Shown here in pieces: positions 60,601-64,000 of a DNA stretch of 64,000 nt. Origin of the DNA: Selaginella moellendorffii (taxonomy: Eukaryota > Plantae > Lycopodiophyta); NCBI RefSeq assembly GCF_000143415.4, contig NW_003314315.1, forward strand, positions 881,991 to 945,990, read 5' to 3'. A model generated the notes under the pieces. The model was not told the origin of the DNA. It made no database searches and was given only the letters and a program-made list of their open reading frames with translations. The translations under genes were made by a program, and so were the position numbers. Position 1 is the first letter of the stretch. Each line of letters begins with the position of its first letter.

Positions 60601-62250
60601 CTGGAGTCGATTCTAGCTCCTCCGCCATCTCCTGGCGAAGCCGCTCCGGAGACGCATGACTTTGTGGTGAAAGAGGAGAAGAAGGCTGAGGAAGAATGGG
60701 TGATCGATACGAGTTTTCTTCCAAAGGAGAACTCCCACAAAGTCGAGGCTAAGGTGCCAAAGACAGTGCTCAAAGGGGTGACAACGAAAGATCTCATCCG
60801 CGGCTCGCTCCATTTCGACGGGAAAGCCTGCTTGCTCTCGATCTCGACCGACGATATCTGGACAACCGAGGATATGTGCCAGGCGCCAGTGCCAGGCGCC
60901 GCAGGGAAAGAGAAGTCGTCGCTACCATTCTTGGCGGACAAAGGTCCTGGCTTGCGGAACGGTGCTGAGCCTCTGATACGGGAGATCCCTGCATGGCTTG
61001 GAGACGTGCTTATCGACGAGGTGAAACAAGCTTGTGCCGGCAGCGCAAAGGAGGCTTTTGGATTCGGGGGAGGGAAGCAGCAGCAGCAGCAGCAGCAGGC
61101 CGGCATCCAGCGTCAAGTGCTTGGATTTCGGAGCTTGCCAGGAAGGCAGTTCAGGCCTGGCCAGCCAAAACCAGCTCAAGAGGCCGCGTTTGGGTTTCGC
61201 AGCCTGCCTCCGAAGTCGGGGAGGCCACCTTTGCCAACAGCAGTCGCAGCGGTGAAGCCCAGCATCTCAGTCACTGTTCCGGTTTCCAGCGACGGTTTCG
61301 CAGACTGGGACTCGACGCTCTCGCTAGTCACCAGGAGTGGTAGTCCACCACAGTCACTAGCGCAGCAGGAGCAGGCAGACCCGACGAAGCCAAGAGTTCC
61401 GGACTCTCCAGGCGCTCGCTCCTGCATCATCAACAGGCCGAGCGAGCTTGGTAGCAGGAGCAGCGGCGTTGGGGGTGACGGCAGCGCTAGCACACTGGCC
61501 GTGGAGGCGGAATTCGAGCAGGAGGCTCAAGCGCCGGCAAAGACGATCATTTCGGACGCAGCATCGGCCTCGACACCGTCACAGACGACACCAACGTCGA
61601 CGCTAACTCTGGAGCAGACCTCGTCGCCTCTACCTCTTCCTCCGGCAGCGAAGATGGCTCTAGACTTACTGGACGCGGGCAGTGGCGACGAATCGTCCGG
61701 GGAAGCACAGCAAGCAGCTTGGAGCAGTGACGGACTCCATGTCCTGCCGCTGGACGCGCTACAAGAGGAGACGTTCTTTGACGCTCTCGAGTGCTCGGGT
61801 AAGCCTCATCTTCATTACAACAACAGGAAGTGTAGAGGCACACTAAGGCTGGTGGGCTTTGTCATCAACATGGTGGTGGTGATCATCGTCTGCACGATGG
61901 TGATCTCGCATCATCGTCGTAGTGTTAGAGAACAGGAGGACGTGAATGCTTTGATTCTCACAGATTTTTGGTTTGAGCAGCGGCTGGAAGAGGCGGTGGT
62001 GGTACCAACAGTAACAATGGCAAGATCAAGCGCTACCTCAAGGACAAGCTGTGGAACAAATTCTCGTGCTATGGCGTTGGGCTCCCAGAGTCGGATTCTT
62101 CGGACGCGGGCATGCCGTGCCATCACCACAGGATTCTCGCAAACAATTCTTAAAACATATCGAAATCTAATTCCGCTTGCCATACTAAAGTGTCCATGTC
62201 AAGCACAGATTTTCCTGACGTGCAACAACCAGGAAGAAAATCACCGCTAG
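57655..62250 (+). CDS. Large acidic, low-complexity protein of unknown function (1531-aa ORF; 3' end uncertain, possible splice donor at 61799)
   Basis: A 4.6 kb stop-free GC-rich frame with a splice acceptor directly before the ATG. Contains a short coiled coil (RLDRLEEICLRTE), poly-His and poly-Gln. Confidence 0.75.
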   Translation: MEEGTPILESFTQSVADGPSQPLVRKLMSLMLSEPSSIPPIQDLGDASGFLLVEAPAGGTSRLGALDVVEDIAQTAGCPVEDMENVVQSGFRFAGSEGCCDSPRVESYFSESQIPADLADKVPIDFLHAINNVLDTRVVPVPKGHHHHHHHGHGRRRSARKRAPPALSLGNKELVLPREEEQGGGGTGFASTDYAQEMVTRRLDRLEEICLRTESYVQMVLGTMDKRLQLLEGDAISRCTQDSMTSPRFPGGSFSCEAGTFVTPEMLMVQSPRLDRISLFATDVAASAGLEVSCQASEDSALVLSTPVPSVLQPSEYPFATLAGERPEITAAVVPSTPNTGDEITTMHRQEDEGTSERPLVAAIAVFSLAPDDPGRSGESPVDALLSEPVLTWENEGFPYLRPAYQVELEPRPRDTTVLTWDAARYLVPESTSSEDERATCHSSEEAFTFCNLDDEPRRLKEDTEMLSEVSSLLQNICADLEAYGVPEDERTIERCRHCRFGPACIKDQEEIISVLEEMFTRLTYCPHPEDVLMSVLPVSGALSTKASVDEVAFAPAAASSRERVIDGVQYAQLPQQEDVDEISSTKTERSFEIFPLEGSTSPRVALSFIQEDGMPSEVEQAPQHMKIEMPPPKQDAPNDPLALHVAIAPKEIKVVPEDEPGAEEVAPSVIQDISVTLEGSYSQPVVHENDVVGDNAAESREVVAVSRDQLQLSGDVFADYTLKVVPRPEQQQEGAPLVVSQDNKMVINEEEVSSVIHELCFGLDVPSRATQADKSKEPELPLQIAIALTGSGSGASDHSMVARTSVEDISSSEASSSTQQQKEIASIILNLEALQKSEERPMTFNWEGVPAASECDDIPCVLKVEEKKVAAANDEFTSVHQEVRISLEVPTETRSEAAGPGVQIGIAVKSVPKRAGDEENAIYTVEIPDDTDFEKVPLSEMAPVEREAEPAIEELVPLTKAAASPAKTLVVENRSLGDELLLESILAPPPSPGEAAPETHDFVVKEEKKAEEEWVIDTSFLPKENSHKVEAKVPKTVLKGVTTKDLIRGSLHFDGKACLLSISTDDIWTTEDMCQAPVPGAAGKEKSSLPFLADKGPGLRNGAEPLIREIPAWLGDVLIDEVKQACAGSAKEAFGFGGGKQQQQQQQAGIQRQVLGFRSLPGRQFRPGQPKPAQEAAFGFRSLPPKSGRPPLPTAVAAVKPSISVTVPVSSDGFADWDSTLSLVTRSGSPPQSLAQQEQADPTKPRVPDSPGARSCIINRPSELGSRSSGVGGDGSASTLAVEAEFEQEAQAPAKTIISDAASASTPSQTTPTSTLTLEQTSSPLPLPPAAKMALDLLDAGSGDESSGEAQQAAWSSDGLHVLPLDALQEETFFDALECSGKPHLHYNNRKCRGTLRLVGFVINMVVVIIVCTMVISHHRRSVREQEDVNALILTDFWFEQRLEEAVVVPTVTMARSSATSRTSCGTNSRAMALGSQSRILRTRACRAITTGFSQTILKTYRNLIPLAILKCPCQAQIFLTCNNQEENHR

Positions 62251-62879
62251 CCTGAGCATAGACTGGGAATAGATGCTATAAAGATCAAATCAAATCGTCA
62301 CCCAAGTTCTACGGGATGGTCAGGGATTGCTACTGTTCCACTAAAGAAATGGTTTTCATGAACCAGTTTTGCCACGTGAATTTTCACGTCTGTAATTTCG
62401 TACCCTAGACTCTCTCTAATATCCATCGAATTCACTCGCTAGATTTATCAAATTTAAATTGATTAATTTAATCTTTCAAAGTTTCAGCTAAGGTAGAAAA
62501 GAAAATATAGTGATATCTATAGCCTATCCAAAATCGTCACAAGATCAGAAGCTTCTAACATATAACTAAAGCACCCTCTCATTGCTGTTTTGTTACCTTG
62601 GTTAGTTGCCTCAACCATTGGGCACTATCAATTTTAATGAGGTGTGTTGCAATTTTATCCATTTATCCATATTGATTATTGTTAAAAAAATTATATGAGA
62701 TTAATCTGGACCTATATCTTTTGCATATTTTCATTTTCCTATTTATCTAATTAGCTTTTATATATATGTGTATGTATGTGTGAGTGCTTGAGGAATAGGT
62801 ATATTAATTAGCCTGCTTATATATAAAAATGGATGGACCAGATTTAGTCCCAAATAAATGGTCTATATATTATAGTAAT

Positions 62880-62900
62880 ATAATTAGTGGCCAGGGTAAT

Positions 62901-62939
<39 letters not shown>

Positions 62940-64000
62940 CAAACCTTACACCATCCTCCCCTCCAAAAGATAAAAGGATAATGATAATAAGTTAGATGGA
63001 ACATCTAAAGTTTATGTTAGGCAAATATAAATTACCACAAAAATCTGAAATTCCCACAAAACTATCAACAAAATTGTTGATAACTATGACTGATTTTACA
63101 ACTAAATCTTGCAAAAAACTAATATAGATTTAAATGTAAAAGAGAATAAAGAAATAAAAACAAAAAAGTACAATCACAAACATTAAAGTAAAGTACTACC
63201 CTTCAATTCCATCAATGTGAATGTTCCCGATATAAAAATAAATATATTAATTAGGATTTAAGCCTTTACTTATATACAAGAATGGATGGATTACATTCAA
63301 TCTCAAATAGGTGTGCTATAGTATTATACTAGATATATATACATATACATATTTACAAACCTTATATATATATATATATATAAAACACTATTTAAATATT
63401 TTTTAACCACATTTGTCATGGATTTCATAGACTTTATTCAATATTTTAGATATATACTTATAAAATAGAAAATTGAACAAGACATTAAAATTTTTTATGC
63501 ATGTAAATATCAAAATATATAAAATATTATTAAATATTAAGAATAGGAATTAATTTTTTAAATGCTGATGTTTTGAAATAACTAAATTTATTACTAGAAT
63601 AGCTTTTTTAAATTTAATTTTTTAAAATATAATTTTGATAATATTTGTAAAGTACTTATTAGAATAGTAAATGTCAAATTATATAAAATTTATATATAAA
63701 AATTAACTTTGAATTCTTTTAAAAAATTTAATACACAAAAATGGAAATCCAATAATGCCCATTGTGGTATTCAACAATGAAGAAACTGTTATTGAATGTT
63801 TTATTAAAATTTTAATTTTATTGATCTTAAATTAATTAATTTTTAAATTTTAAATTTTTTTAAAAAATTAATTATTATTTTCTTAACACTTTATGTGTTT
63901 GAATCTATCTTATATTTATATATATATATATTTTTATATATATATATATTTTTATATATATATATATTTTTATATATATATATATATATATTATTCATGA
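62880..64000. repeat. Very AT-rich tract with (TA)n microsatellites
   Basis: (TA)n runs at ~62903-62936, ~63363-63382 and ~63910-63992. No ORFs. Confidence 0.9.

Noticed and set aside
62880-64000. (TA)n and AT tract as a functional element
   Set aside because: Simple low-complexity sequence with nothing beyond microsatellites visible.

Overview
Eukaryotic, gene-dense plant DNA with very short GT-AG introns (mostly 50-70 nt) and tiny intergenic gaps. The short-motif-rich PLS PPR genes and compact introns suggest a lycophyte such as Selaginella (inference). 1-35 kb is mostly intact genes: the 3' part of a 2-hydroxyacyl-CoA lyase, five related P-class PPR genes around a tRNA-Cys, a DUF1997 gene, a frameshifted CYP71-clan P450, two PLS/E PPRs, a METTL21-like methyltransferase, a subtilase, a twin-CX9C CMC protein, SnRK1 alpha, a TSO1/TCX CXC protein and cysteine synthase. 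A 1.56 kb segmental duplication (10958-12524 / 15323-16866) brackets a 2.8 kb insert that holds a ~700 bp-arm inverted repeat. 35-48 kb is a patchwork of decayed gene fragments (F-box-associated-like, BCKDH E1 alpha, MCM3, 2OG dioxygenase, OTU copy) plus one intact six-exon 590-aa gene I cannot assign. 48.7-56.3 kb and 62.4-64 kb are AT-rich repeat or TE debris. 56.4-62.3 kb holds an intact OTU deubiquitinase and a large disordered ORF with an FFAT-like motif. The best candidates for something new are the repeated 'stop codon-intron-ATG' junctions that leave PPR genes no promoter space, the template-switch hairpin, GAATATTC palindrome clusters at gene boundaries, the orphan gene and the putative FFAT tether. 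All splice models were read by eye and no searches were run.
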